The notes beneath the pieces were generated by a model, which had not been told where the DNA came from, searched no databases, and worked only from the letters and a program-made list of their open reading frames with translations. DNA of 57,825 nucleotides, filler included, from Sphacelaria rigidula (taxonomy: Eukaryota): NCBI GenBank assembly GCA_964200075.2. It is 8 parts of 8 records of this genome, joined end to end, with 100 filler letters (N's around TTAATTAATTAA, not from the genome) between each part and the next. Parts side by side here need not be neighbours in the genome. Positions count along the whole stretch, not along the records: positions 21,725 to 28,865 come from CAXNAA020016290.1; positions 28,966 to 36,105 come from CAXNAA020016291.1; positions 36,206 to 43,345 come from CAXNAA020016292.1; 5 more parts are not named here. One strand, written 5' to 3'. The translations under genes were made by a program, and so were the position numbers. Positions 25,553-37,879 of the stretch are shown piece by piece (position 1 is the stretch's first letter; each line of letters starts with the position of its first letter).

Positions 25553-28509
25553 ATGATATCTAGATATCATTCTCGGCACTTTGTTGGAAGAGTTTGGCTG
25601 AGGGAACGGGGTCACAGCTGGAAGCAGTATGGCCAGCACACGCGTAAGAATATCAACTTGAAGCGCACAGCGTTAAAAGACGCTCCGTGGGCTGGAGGAC
25701 GCACAGGTCAGGCAAGAGTCTCTCCGTCAAGTGTTCGAGTTCTCAAGGACATGGCTAAAGCGGCGGGAGCGCCGCTGTTTTTGGGTGAGCCGCTAGACCC
25801 GCGAATGTATGGCGAGGTATGGATCGAGGAAGCATCACGCGTTTTTTATGCCGCTTATCTCGATTACAAAGAGGGATTTTACCTTGGAAATGCACAAGGA
25901 GTCGTGAGGCATGCAAGGGTGAGCAATGGAAAACTCATCCCTACATACATTCACCGGTGCTTTGAAGGCATGTACAGGGATCGTCGTGCTAAGACCCGCG
26001 AAGAATTGCTAGATGCTGCGACATGACATGCCGGGTACACCGTAAGCAGACCTGCGTAAAGTGCTTGTAGTGCAGCAAAGCGATGGAACATCTGTCGAGG
26101 ATCGAGCGATGATGGTTAACTCATCGATGGGAACACTTTTCGCTGGAAATCTCATGGTGCAAGCCATGTACCGTGCGGAGGACGGGGGCAGGTTGCCAGG
26201 CACGGCCAAGTCAGTTTCCACAGCTTTGGTGGACGGGATTTCGCCTCCGGAAATCAAGGCGTATGTCAGAAGCGTGCTCACGTATGTGGACGACTGGTGA
26301 AAGAATCCGACCGTGGTGCTCAAACAAGGTGTTTGATGCCGACGACCACTGGAAGTTCATCGAGGCGAATGGCCGGCGCGACTCTGCGGGAAGTGCCGGG
26401 GGTGCGCGCTGCAAACAGAAACAGCATCCATCTTCGCGAGCGTCGTCTACTGGCGCATGTCACAACTGCGGCGACAACGGACACCTGCTTAAGGATTGCT
26501 CCAAGCCTCGTGTTCAAATCGCTGCTTAAGGGGGTGCGCGAGATTCATCAGGATCTTGCGGCGGCCGCCACGGTGGACGGGGCCGTGACAACCATGGACG
26601 CGGGCGCGGCGGCCGCAGTACCAAGCAATCGGCGGCTGATGGTTGTTCTCCCAGTGCTACTTCTTCGACTACGTCATCAGGTGGTAACTCTGGGTCTTCT
26701 GGTTCGTCCGTGTCGGGGTGGACAGTGTACGTGGGAGGTGCAAATACTTCGGTGGGGAGTGCTGGAGCGGATAGTTTGCAACCCCTCGGCCAGGCAGGAT
26801 CCGTGTCTGGCGCATCTCCCACTACTGCAACGGCTGTAACAGCGCCGTCTGCACATTCGGCGACGTGGTTCCGCGATTCTAAATTTTCGATGCCAAGTGC
26901 TAGAGCGCAGCCCTGGTGTCAGGTGACGCTTGGTACTGGCCAGGGTTCTCCGGCAGATGTGGTGCCTGTCGATCGCAACGCAGAGTGTTTACGCGCAGAT
27001 ATTTCCTTGCCTGGTTCCGCAGGTTCGTCCATGGCCCGCGATATTCTGAATTCTGGGTCCACGCTCACGTCGATCGGTGTGGAGTTGCTGGAACAAATGT
27101 CTTCGCAGTTTGGCGGCGCTCAGCTGCAGCTTCCGTTTGAAATTGTACCGCAAATGGCGCAGACGGCCACGGGTACTCCCGTGACGGTTACACATGAAAC
27201 GGTGATGATTGCTGATGGCGTGCGTACGCCGTGGGGGGCTGTGGGGTTGCAGCCCATCACTGTCGCCGTCATGCCCGGTAGGGATACCGTGGTTCTGTTT
27301 GGGATGGCGACGATGAAGGAGCTCGGGATCGATGTGTATCCGCTGGCGTTGGATAAATTGCGCCCGCGTGCTGTGCCGGTGAAACCGGCGTGGAAACTCC
27401 CAGCTATCTTGCTGCGATGCGTGTCACTGTATCCATACGGTCGTTCCAGAGAACCAATGGGGAGGAGGCTCCTGCGGATGCAGCGGTGGAGCACTTGGTC
27501 GATCGGGGGCCCGAAACGTCAATGAATCCTGCGGAGGAAAGAGGTGCCAGAGAATGTGTGCTGGAGAATAGCGTGCAGCAGGCCGAGAAGAAGGGCCTGA
27601 ACGCCGAAGGCGCATATCCTCTGCGTGATATTCTGGCTCGTCGCGTGAATACCTTTCGTTTTGCGGTGCGTGGTGACCCGCCAGCGCGCGTGGAGCCAAT
27701 GAGGGTGCAGCGCAAGCCACAGGAGAAGGCTGTGAAGGCCAAGCCAAGCCATTACGATCTGGTGAAGACCGGCTGGCTTGCCTCATGCATCGCAGCTTTG
27801 GTGGCGTTTGGCTTGTTGGCTAGGAGCAGTCAGGCTGGGTGAGCGAGTCCGGCGATGGCGATGCCGAGACGGGACACATTCCGTTTGTCTAGCGACTACC
27901 AGGCGGTGAATGCGCAGATGGAACAGTCTCCGGGGGTGATGCCAAGCCAAGAAGACACACGGGAGTTGCTGGGAGCCCCATGCTTCGGCGAGTTGGACCT
28001 GGTCCAGGGGTATTGGTAGATGCCTCTGGCGCCAGAGGCTCAGGATATGCTCACGATCGTCACGCCTGACGGTTTGTTCATGCCTGCTCGTGTCCCCCAG
28101 GGTGTGTTGAACGCCACGGCGTAGTCCCAAGGTGTGCTGATGGCCATTTTTGCAAGGTCTGAACTGTCAAGTGTGAGTGGATGACGTTTTCTATTTTTCT
28201 AAAACCGGATATAGCTTTGCTTGACGAAATTCTTGGTCGCCTGGAGAGCGCTGGTCTGTTCGTCGCTGCGCATAAGTACACTTTCCCCCCCCGCGAAGTG
28301 GTTTGTTTAGTGTGGTGAGGTGTACTCCAAGAGTACTGTTTCGCATGATCCCGTCCGCATCCAAGGTCTAGCAGTATGCGACGTCCTCAAACCGCTAGTG
28401 AGCTGATGCATTTTCTGCAGACGGTGAATTGGTTGCGGACTTCGTTCCTGCGCATGGTGGAAGCAGTGGCGCCGGTTCGTGTGTTTTTGGAACAACTCAT
28501 GGTAGGGAC
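25553..28509 (+). mobile_element. Decayed Ty3/gypsy LTR retrotransposon: gag, protease and RT (truncated)
   Basis: CCHC knuckle CHNCGDNGHLLKDC; protease ILNSGST...VLFG; RT motifs *ASPAM, FRLSSDYQAVN, LDLVQGYW*MPL, RVPQGVLNA and V*VDDV. Multiple stops and frameshifts. Confidence 0.9.
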
Positions 28510-28865
28510 TGTAATGCGTGAGAGGACCTCGTGCTTAGAGGACCGCGCCGTAGTTCAAAACACCTCAGGATCGGCGTGTCTCAAACGTAATCGGGCCAGT
28601 CCCTGTAGGTACCACGCCCCTGAACATAACCCTAACCCCAACACTAACCCCCACCCTAACTGTAATGCGTGAGAGGACCGCGTGCTTAGAGGACCGCGCC
28701 GTAGTTCAAACCACGTCAGAATCGACGGTTTTCAAAACAAATCGGGTCCGTCCCTGGAGGTACCACACCCCTGACCATAACCCTAACACTAACCCTGACC
28801 CTAACCCTAACCGTAGGAATGTTCAAATTCCGATGCGGTCCTCTAAGCACGCGGTCCTCTCATGC
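28510..28865. mobile_element. Two nested telomere-repeat TIR elements (starts 28510 and 28661) inserted in the gypsy RT
   Basis: Identical start tgtaatgcgtgagaggacc occurs twice. The second begins inside the ccctaa array of the first. Confidence 0.8.
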
Positions 28866-28965
28866 NNNNNNNNNNNNNNNNNNNNNNNNNNNNNNNNNNN
28901 NNNNNNNNNTTAATTAATTAANNNNNNNNNNNNNNNNNNNNNNNNNNNNNNNNNNNNNNNNNNNN
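28866..28965. other. Artificial contig linker
   Basis: N44-TTAATTAATTAA-N44. Confidence 0.98.
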
Positions 28966-29662
28966 CTCCGTTTCGGTCTTGCGGGGGCGGTGGTGGCGAG
29001 AGGAAGGCGAGGGGGGGGGGGGGGGGGGGGGGGGGGGGTTTGGTCGAGCCCTTGAAACCACTGACTCTTACCGTGGAGGGCGGGGAGTTGAGGGTACGAC
29101 GGGGAGAGAAACGTTTTGGGCTTCCGTTTTGGGCGTTCAGAGAAGTTTTGCGGTCTGTCATCACAGAAACACTCTTGGGCTTTCCAAAGAGTCGGTAAAC
29201 CAGCGCAAGACGCATCGACAATCAGCACAGAGACCTATATCTAGCCACTCTGAGCTCATGGGTGTCAAGGGCTCAAGTTTGCATACTTGAAAACATTGAA
29301 CAACCAACAGTATTCGATCAACGACCGCCAGCATCCGCGGTAACATCTTCCGGTATCGAAGTTTCTTCATGTGTAGGAGAGTCCCCGTACAGTACACATC
29401 CCAAAACTACAACTATCGCGAGCGCAGGGGTTACGAGCATCGTCTAGTGGGACGTGAACGTAGATCGCGAATCAGGACGTGCGTACTCCGTCTCCCACGA
29501 AAAAAGTACGACGCGACAAATAGATATGGATCTGCAACCCCTCGAAACAGAACATTCAGATGGCGTTGAGTTCGCCACTGATGAACGAGTGGACGCCAAA
29601 CGTTTTCCGAAGCTGGACCTCCGCCTCCCCCCCCCTCCCCCCCCCCCCCCCCCCCAACCGAG

Positions 29663-29693
<31 letters not shown>

Positions 29694-29767
29694 ACCCCCC
29701 ACACCACCAACCAAAACAAACCCCACACCCACNNNNNNNNNNGGGGGCGCCAAACGTTTTCCCCAGC

Positions 29768-29799
<32 letters not shown>

Positions 29800-30269
29800 G
29801 AATCAATGAGTACCCCCCCCCCCCCCCCCCGCCCGAATCACATGAAAAAACATAAGTATTTTCTCAAACGTGCCACACAGCAAATGCTAGCTATCCTAAA
29901 AGTGGGGCTTGTTTGTTGCAGAGAGAAGGAGGAGCATGAGCGGGCACTCCAACGGTACCTTCTACGAAGCACGCAAAACTGCAACACACGGGATCGAATC
30001 ACCACCGTACCATATGACCATTCGTTAACCTCACGACTCCCCCGTCGAGCCTGGTCCGGCGAAAATCCGGCATGCTCCCGTCCCGGCTTTGTGAGTATGC
30101 CAGGTCAACGGCCTCATGATTGGCATGCAAGTCATGGGTACATGGCTCCCCCCCCCGTCGAACAAGCTCATCGATTATTTGTAAGCTCTAGTACCACCAC
30201 TTTTTCGGTCAGGGCTGCCACGTGGGCCACAGGCCACCTCCTCAACTCGGCACAACGAAAGCGGCTTAC

Positions 30270-30435
30270 ATTTCGCGCATCGTAGAGCTTGATCACACTG
30301 CTCGCCCCCAAAGAGGTGGACGCAGCGAACACCAAGCCTTGCTGATCGTACGCAACGTGCGGCGTTCCGCTGCCCACCGGAAACTCCAAGAGCCCCAGGC
30401 ACTCAGGGCGAGAAAGGTTCCATAATCGCACAGTC
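30270..30435 (-). CDS. WDR82: WDR82/Swd2 (COMPASS WD40 subunit) internal exon
   Basis: cag|G ACT...AAT|gtaag. TVRLWNLSRPECLGLLEF...HVAYDQQGLVFAA...IKLYDARN matches WDR82 TIRLWDLR..NCQGL...FDPEGLIFAA..VKLYDLR. Confidence 0.9.
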
Positions 30436-30853
30436 CTGCGCCGCAACATGTCCACGGCCAGGGAGAGAGACGTGGCGGGGGGGGGACGGGGGCGGGTGTA
30501 CTCATGATCATGCATGTCATAGCCATAAGACCATTGAGCGGGCCGGGGGAGAGAGAGGCAGAGGCGAGGGAAGTGAACGGGAGAGACAGCGAGATAGCGT
30601 GCGCAGAACCTACCGAGGGCCTGAGCATGTGGGCACGAAAATACGCTGCTTTATTGATGAGCCAGAGTCGGAGGTCCGAAGCGCCCAAGTTTAGGGTCGC
30701 TTGAGCACCCTCATGAGACTGCGTTCGACCATGCATCGTCCACACGCACTACTCGAACGGCTCCCAATTGAACGCTGACACCAGAAAACGCCAGCTTGCT
30801 CCTGTCTTATGTGTTTTTGTTTTTTTTGCGGTATATTTTTGTCACACTCTCAC

Positions 30854-31017
30854 CTGTCCATCGAGGCCGTCATGAAATGGTCGTCCGTAGGGCTCATCGC
30901 GATTGACACTACTTTGTCCGTGTGTCCGCTGAAAAATCGTAGAAATTGGTTGTCGTAAAGCGAAAGATATCGCACAGAATGGTCCGCACCCTCTACGTCT
31001 GAACTCACCAGAACGGT
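30854..31017 (-). CDS. WDR82: WDR82/Swd2 internal exon
   Basis: cag|ACC...GAC AG|gtgag. DHSVRYLSLYDNQFLRFFSGHTDKVVSIAMSPTDDHFMTASMD is the hallmark WDR82 segment. Phases join the neighbouring exons. Confidence 0.92.
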
Positions 31018-31338
31018 CTGTGCGATCGGAGGGCCCGGCGGCAGCAGCGACAAAGTTTTGGCGAGGTGCGCGGGGAGGGGGGAGGACGAGGAAAAGAGGA
31101 GGAGGAGGAGGAGGAGGAGGAGGAGGGGGGGGAGTGGTGAAGGGTGCCCAAAAGCTAAGGCAAACGGGAGCAACTTCTGATTGTTAAGCATGGGTACATC
31201 CGCATGAGTTCCAGGGACTCGGGCTTTACCACCAAGAATACTACGTAATGTATGTTCCCCCGAATAACCCACCGTCAGTGTCCAATGGTTAGACGTGTGC
31301 AAGACAAAAAAAAACGGGCTGGGGTCAGTCACTGTTAC

Positions 31339-32790
31339 CACGTACTTCATGAACCTGAAAAAACACCCGGAAAAATTAAATGTGCACCCGGGTGCACCAT
31401 CGACCTTCTCGTGCACCCTGGGATAGTGGCAAAACACACGTGCGGCCAGTCAGTGCTGCACGACCACGACCCTGACCGTGGTGCATTTGGGTCAAACTTA
31501 TTTTGGTCCGAGCTAGCACAACCAACGCAGAGTACAGTAGTAGTATAACCGTAACATGATGTCGCACTCTCTCTCATCTGTCACTACTCGTCGCGTGGTC
31601 GAGTCTGCTGGACTTCCCACTGCCAGCTCGAAAACGAAAAAATGCTCTGTGTTGATTATTTATTATTTCATAGCTCACAATTCTCTGCTCGTTTACCTCC
31701 ATCCTCCATCCATGTATGATGCACACCGACAAATTATGAAGGGAAAAGAGGTGCTGCTTTGTGTACCCAGAGAAGCACAGAAAACCCAAGGTAGAGAGCG
31801 TGGCGTGTACTGGAACAGACAACATCATGGTGACTATATTATATTCTACTGTTTGTTAGTTGCGCTAAGTCTATCGGTAACGCCATGATGTGCGCCGTGC
31901 CATCTCTACAGCATCCGTTCGCTGTTTGACAGAACATGGAGAACGTGTCACACCGAGGGTGGGTCCTCTGTTTTTTCGGCACAATTTTCACTTCAAAAAT
32001 GCCCACCCTGGCGGTCAAAGCGTTAAATTTTACAGCTGGCGGCAGGAAGGGGTCACGCGTCATGGGGCTTTGGTGGAGTCTGATCCTCCAGGAATTCTGA
32101 TGGACGAAGGGAGGAACGCAACGGGATGGCGGAGGATGAGACGACTGCACAGTATTGTGTTATATTTGGGCTTCCGTGTACCTACAGTACAGCACACTGT
32201 CGTGCGTACCGTCTTGTCTGTAGGCCATAACTCATTTTGCTGTCGAGATGGCACGGCGCACATCATGGCGTTACCGATAGACTTAGCGCAACTAACAAAC
32301 AGTAGAATATAATATAGTCACCATGATGTTGTCTGTTCCAGTACACGCCACGCTCTTTACCTTGGGTTTTCTGTGCTTCTCTGGGTACACAAAGCAGCAC
32401 CTCTTTTCCCTTCATAATTTGTCGGTGTGCATCATACATGGATGGAGGATGGATGTAAACGAGCAGAGAATTGTGAGCTATGAAATAATAAATAATCAAC
32501 ACAGAGCATTTTTTCGTTTTCGAGCTGGCAGGGGGAAGTCCAGCAGACTCGACCACGCGACGAGTAGTGACAGATGAGAGAGAGTGCGACATCATGTTAC
32601 GGTTATACTACTACTGTACTCTGCGTTGGTTGTGCTAGCTCGGATTGAAATAAGTTTGACCCAAATGCACCTCGGTCAGGGTCGTGGTCATACGGCACTG
32701 ACTGGCCGCACGTGTGTTTTGCCACTATCCCCGAGTGCACATTTAATTTTCCCGAAAAACAACATAGCTACGATCTCAGTCAGGTACGTG
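31339..32790. mobile_element. ~1.45-kb foldback element with ~550-bp inverted arms, in a WDR82 intron
   Basis: Arm ~31368-31913 is the reverse complement of ~32238-32754. The ORF-track entries 31556+ and 32263- differ at only 3 of 110 residues. Outer ends are cacgtac...gtacgtg. Confidence 0.85.
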
Positions 32791-33329
32791 TAGGCGGACA
32801 CGATTATTGCTCCATATATAACACTTTTTCCATTCTGTCACACACAACATAGGTACCCTTTTTTCGAGATGGGGGTGATTGTTCCGAATTCAAATGCACC
32901 GTTATCCTTAGACCGCGAGGGTAGTTCGTCTTGTCATGCATACTTTTTTTCAAGCGACAATGATGCCGATTCAACAGATGACCAACTCTCGCCGTCCAAG
33001 GGGTTCAAAGCCTTCTCTCCAGGCGGAGACATGTGTGGATTCCCTTTTTCTCTTCTTCTTTTTCCTCGCCTCTTCTTGCCCAACATTGTAATCATGCAAG
33101 AACACACGGCATGCGGCCGGTTTGACAATTTGGCAACAATAATAAACTTACATCGCGAACAACACGAAACCCTCTAATGACAACCGAGTCCTCAACGCCA
33201 AAAACGGCATTCGCTGTTTTGTTGTTGTTGTTCGATATCAGTTCAAGTGTCGGCTCGTTCGGGAAAACGTCCTGTTCGCCCTGTCCAAAAACTCCCACCT
33301 GCCGTTGTGTTGTGCACAGTTGCTCTCAC

Positions 33330-33429
33330 CTGATCATGGTGAGTGTATCGCACAACACCGCAGCCATACTTGTAACTGTGGATGGTTTTTCGGATGCGCC
33401 CCTCCACTGCGTTGATCAGGGTGATGCTC
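33330..33429 (-). CDS. WDR82: WDR82/Swd2 internal exon (most 5' exon found)
   Basis: ttgtcag|G AGC...CAG|gtgag. SITLINAVEGRIRKTIHSYKYGCGVVRYTHHDQ matches SIVLYD..EGK.KRTLYSKKYGVDLIRYTH. Confidence 0.88.
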
Positions 33430-34560
33430 CTGACAAGAAAAAAGTCGACAAGAGATTTAGGCAATAAACGGCAGGGATTTTTCAACGATAAAGGTTAACA
33501 CGGACTCTAATCTATCCCTATCTTCTCTTATCGGTTGTCGACTTTTTCTCTGACTTGCAGCCTCGAAGTGTTCCTTGCTGTGCTCCTGTACATGCTCCTA
33601 CTTTACTTTGTCCTTGGATGTAATCGCTTCCAATTTTTTCTTCTTCTCTGCTCTCTCTCCTTCTCTCTCTAGCTGTTTCTTGCTCTCAATGTTACACAAG
33701 TAAAGAGCAATGCTGGTGCCTTGCTTCCGTAGAGCTGACTGGTGAGAGCTCACGCCAAAATAATATGGTCCGAAGTAGCTGAGCCGCAATTTGCTCCCTC
33801 GGCCGTTTTGTCCTGTTTTGTGCATGAGTGCATGTGCTTCTGCGCACGGTCTCCTTCACCTGAAGCCCTGCAACAGGGGCCACTGATTAGCATTTTTCAG
33901 TCGTTATCTTATCATTTTTCCTCGGGACTGTTTTTGTCTCCTCTTACGAGTATAATTTTCTAGTTCCTCTGGTTTCCTTTCCATTTTTTTTTTCTGCGTA
34001 GTTCGTCTTTGTTTTCGCTTTTCGTTCTACTCTATTTTTTTTCCTTTCTCTTTCTCCTACTTTTTGTTTCTTCAGCGAGCGTTTCCATTTTGTTCACCTT
34101 GGGTTCGTCCATCTTGTGGATAATAACCACCGCTGGATGCCCTCGAGGGTCAAGTAATGTGTGACAATGAAGGTCAATAAAAAATCAAAAGTGCTGCGCA
34201 AAGGTCGTTGCTATATTTTTCGTCATATCAGGTACAGTTCCGTAAAATATCCTCCGTCGGTGATGAGATTGTGTTAAGTGTGCCACAAACCGGCAATGAA
34301 AACGGGCAAACAACCCGCCACAGCGCCACGTCAACAGAGGAGACGGCAAGGACGTCGGCATGTGTTGGAAGCGAGAAAGTGATTTCACGTACGATCGTAT
34401 ATTTTCGATCTCGACGTTCTCCAACTTTTTCAAGCTCGCTACTCTATCCGCATTCAAAATAAATTTCCTCCAACGGCGCGGCTCTTCGCTCGATGATAAT
34501 TGGGGGGGATCCGATGAACTTTACATGTAGGTCATCGTATGCTGCCATGATACATTGTTC

Positions 34561-35035
34561 CACGGTTGTTTTCTGTAGGGTACGGTTTTCTGTATACCCG
34601 AGGTATTTTCCCGGGGATCAACCGTACCCGACACTTTGATACCGGTATCCGACCGTTCTGTGAGTTCTGTAAGCCTCCCGTACAGTTACCCTGGGCACGG
34701 ATATGCTCTTGATGAGATACCCGATTGCGGGTACGGTTTTCTGTGCAGCTTTCATACCCTGCCCGACAGTTCTTTGAGTCCTGTACAAAATGTATGCCTA
34801 TACCCGAAGCGCGGGCATGCCTTTGAAGAAATACCCGATTGCCGGTACGATTTTCTGTAAGCCTCCCGTACCATACCCGACAAGTTCTGCAATTTATGTA
34901 AGCCTTTCAAACCGGTACGAAGTTGTGTAATTTGTGTAAGACTTTTGTACCGGTACTCGATCGATATTTTTGTGAGTTCCGTAAGGAATCCCATACCCTA
35001 CAGAACATACCCGTACCCTACAGAACACAACCTTG
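34561..35035. mobile_element. hAT-superfamily MITE, 475 bp, 8-bp TSD
   Basis: cattgttc|cacggttgttttctgtagggtacgg ... ccgtaccctacagaacacaaccttg|cattgttc. Confidence 0.88.
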
Positions 35036-36105
35036 CATTGTTCCGTGCGTGAGTGTGTAGCGTATGTACACGTCCCGGCGATGGGACGTGGTATAAAATT
35101 TCAACCTAGAGTTTCGAGGAAGTTGCGGTGCTAATGATAGGGTACCTTGCGCGGTTACAACGGCTCTGTCGAGATCTGTTTATTTATGGGCTCTTGTGGT
35201 AGTCAGTGCCGGATTTCTGCCATTGTTCTCAACTGATATTGTTCTTGTGTATATCCGCCCGTCATGACGAAGCTCAGAACCATGCACTCCTTTGACCCGA
35301 AGTAAGCCGGAGAGCCGCGGCCCGAAACAACCATGCCACCGCCCACCCAACATCACCTTTCACGATCACAAAGAGTTTCAGCTTCATCGGTGCTCCCCGG
35401 CGTTGTGTTTCGCTTGCGTGTCCGAAGGCACTGAAAAACAATCCTAATTCAACCTTGTTCGAGGGGTATCGTGGGTATTGATTCACAGATTTGACACCAA
35501 TCTTCGCGCCATATTCTCCCTCATCACGGGTCCAATCTGAGCCTAGCTGGAGTCAAATCCAAGGACTTTGCAAGTTATGACAAAAAATGCGTCTACTGCC
35601 ATCGGTGGGTTTGTGCCCATCGCCTTATCGATGATGCAAATGCGCTGAGGCCCCGCCCCTCTCTAGACAGTCCCGTCTGCTCACGTGAGATAACAGCCCC
35701 TGCACACCTTTTGGGTTTGTTTTGTACTTTAATTAATTGCTAGTACGAAGACCTACCCGAGTCTGGGGTCTTGTTCTTTCGCCACTGTTTTTTGCGAGAA
35801 CTCCCGCTCCATTTCCTGTACGCGTATGACTGATTTCTTTTCCTTGCTCCCGTTCTTTCGTATTTGAACCATACGGGGGGGGGAGGGCGCCGTTTTTTTT
35901 CGTGTTCCGTGTTTCTTCAGCATACTTTCTTGAAATTCAATTCTTCACCCTGACCCTTAACAAGAAAAGCCTAAAGAGACGAGCACCGGCGGCTATACTA
36001 GCCTCCGTGCCATAGAAGATGATCAAACGGAAACAGAAACAACCGACAACTGACACTTTCTACGATAGCCCCCCCCCCCAAAGTGTATGGTTTTGTGAGG
36101 CAAAA

Positions 36106-36205
36106 NNNNNNNNNNNNNNNNNNNNNNNNNNNNNNNNNNNNNNNNNNNNTTAATTAATTAANNNNNNNNNNNNNNNNNNNNNNNNNNNNNNNNNNNNNNN
36201 NNNNN
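36106..36205. other. Artificial contig linker
   Basis: N44-TTAATTAATTAA-N44. Confidence 0.98.
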
Positions 36206-36389
36206 AAAACGAGAAATTTTCACTTGACTCAATCCCACCGCTCGTTTTTTCGATCGAAAAAAAAAGTGCCAAGACACGCCCTCAGCGGTCCCTTCTCCCA
36301 GTGGAAGGAAGGCCGAATAAATTAGTTTTATTTTATTTTTGAATTTGTTTTAGGCCTGCACCTTTCTTCTGCGGTGCTTGCCTAGTAGA

Positions 36390-36593
36390 TTATATCGCGA
36401 GAGGGGTTCGTTCAGTCGTCCCTTTCCCTCGTCGACCGTGAAGTCGAATTTTATAAACCCGCGACATATTCGCTCTCTACTGTTGGGCATGGTGTGAGAA
36501 AAAATCCTAGATCGTGTGACCACACCGAGATTCAAACCCATGACCCAACCGTGAGCAGTTCTCGAAGTTACCAACTGAGCCACCTGGGCGACC
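36390..36593 (-). mobile_element. tRNA-derived SINE, copy 4
   Basis: Minus strand reads GGTCGCCCAGGTGGCTCAGTTGGTAAC...GGGTTTGAATCTCGGTG, followed by the conserved body. Confidence 0.75.
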
Positions 36594-36894
36594 GGCTTCA
36601 TTGAACGCCCAAATTTGCACCAAAATGAGACCGCATCACCAGGGCAAAACTCCCAAGTTGTAAAAAATCGGGATAAAATGATGCGCAAAGGAAGAGGTTG
36701 CTGAGGACGGTGGTATCATGCCCTCTTCCTTTCAACGATAGTTCGACCTCAATCCAGCACCACGTGGCCATGGAACCCATCACTGCCCTCATCTCAGACG
36801 TTTTAGATGAAGTCGCCGGGGTATCTGTTGGTCTGCGGGCGCCAAATAAGCCCTTGATTGAACACCACATTTCTTGTTCGCCACTCGCCGAGCA

Positions 36895-37122
36895 TCACAC
36901 CACTCTATTCTTGCTTCGTGCCTCTGAGGTCAGCGATAATGTTCTGGCCACAAAAAACAGAACAGAGAAAAATCGAAAAAGGTCATGTGAGTCGTAGTTT
37001 CCGCGCTTCAAACGTTCATGTGCGAAGCATGATGAAAATAATTCAAGGTGGCCATCACCAACATCACGAGGGTTTGCGCCGACGAGACTATAGCCTTTCC
37101 CCATGACAAAAATTTCAAGGAT
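36895..37122 (-). CDS. NCBP1: NCBP1/CBP80 probable last exon
   Basis: ggcag|ATCCTTGAA. ILEIF... aligns with the CBP80 terminal helix and reads to TGA at 36895. The tail is poorly conserved. Confidence 0.55.
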   Translation of the reverse strand: MLEIFVMGKGYSLVGANPRDVGDGHLELFSSCFAHERLKRGNYDSHDLFRFFSVLFFVARTLSLTSEARSKNRVV

Positions 37123-37221
37123 CTGCCGTGAAACACGCAGGAATGTAAATCCTTGGAAGCGCAGGTGAACACGCAGGAATGGGCGCTCTCGCTGTACGCC
37201 GAAAAAAAATGTATACTGTAC

Positions 37222-37580
37222 CTCCACGTATTCCTTGCAGCCCGCGTTGGATGCCAACGCGTCCAGAGTGTCGACATCAAGCACAACTCGGCTGAGGTCG
37301 GCCGGTTCTTCTTTGGGCGAGGAGAGACAACGCTCTGGCACGTGCGGGGCAGCGGCAAACAGCCACAGTGACGCCTTCAAGTATGATGTCATGCTAACCC
37401 ACCAAGGATCTGTCGTGAAATCGACGATTCCGTTAGCCTCATACTGCGGTAGGGCGCTCGCTAAAGCACGGCAGAATCCGTCGCAGGTGGTGACGTACAG
37501 ATCACGCGCCGCCTGTAGCGCATCTCGGACGACGAACACCTGATCACGAACCTTGCTAGATAAGTTTCTTCTCCTTTCTT
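37222..37580 (-). CDS. NCBP1: NCBP1/CBP80 exon
   Basis: gtacag|AA...GAG|gtac. ALQAARDLYVTTCDGFCRAL...TTDPWWVSMTSYLK resembles the CBP80 KNLF..IFQRF..IL...TPWY region. Phase 1 in, phase 0 out. Confidence 0.75.
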
Positions 37581-37879
37581 CTGTACGAGGCAACGCAACC
37601 CACGATCAGTAGAGGTCAGCAGAGGCCAGCGAAACGATAGGCGTAGGATTCAAAGTCCTAATATCCATTCATCTCCGTGAACTTACATCGTGTCGCGTTG
37701 TTGAGCATTAATATACTGCATCATCGTCTAAAAGCAGCACCAACGCCTGTACCAGAATCCCAGGCAATCAGAAAGTACCCGAACAAATGTAGGAATGCCA
37801 ATTACTCTATGTTCACGAGCCAAGGGACACTTGAACTTCAAAAATCGTGTTCGGCCGCTTTGTAACTCCGACCGCTCAC

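Noticed and set aside
29444..29855. Proline-rich or glycine-rich ORFs
   Set aside because: They arise from poly-C runs around a 10-N gap with a locally duplicated motif. Likely low-quality sequence.
31556..32595. Duplicated 110-aa gene pair
   Set aside because: These are simply the two arms of the intronic inverted repeat, with no coding features.
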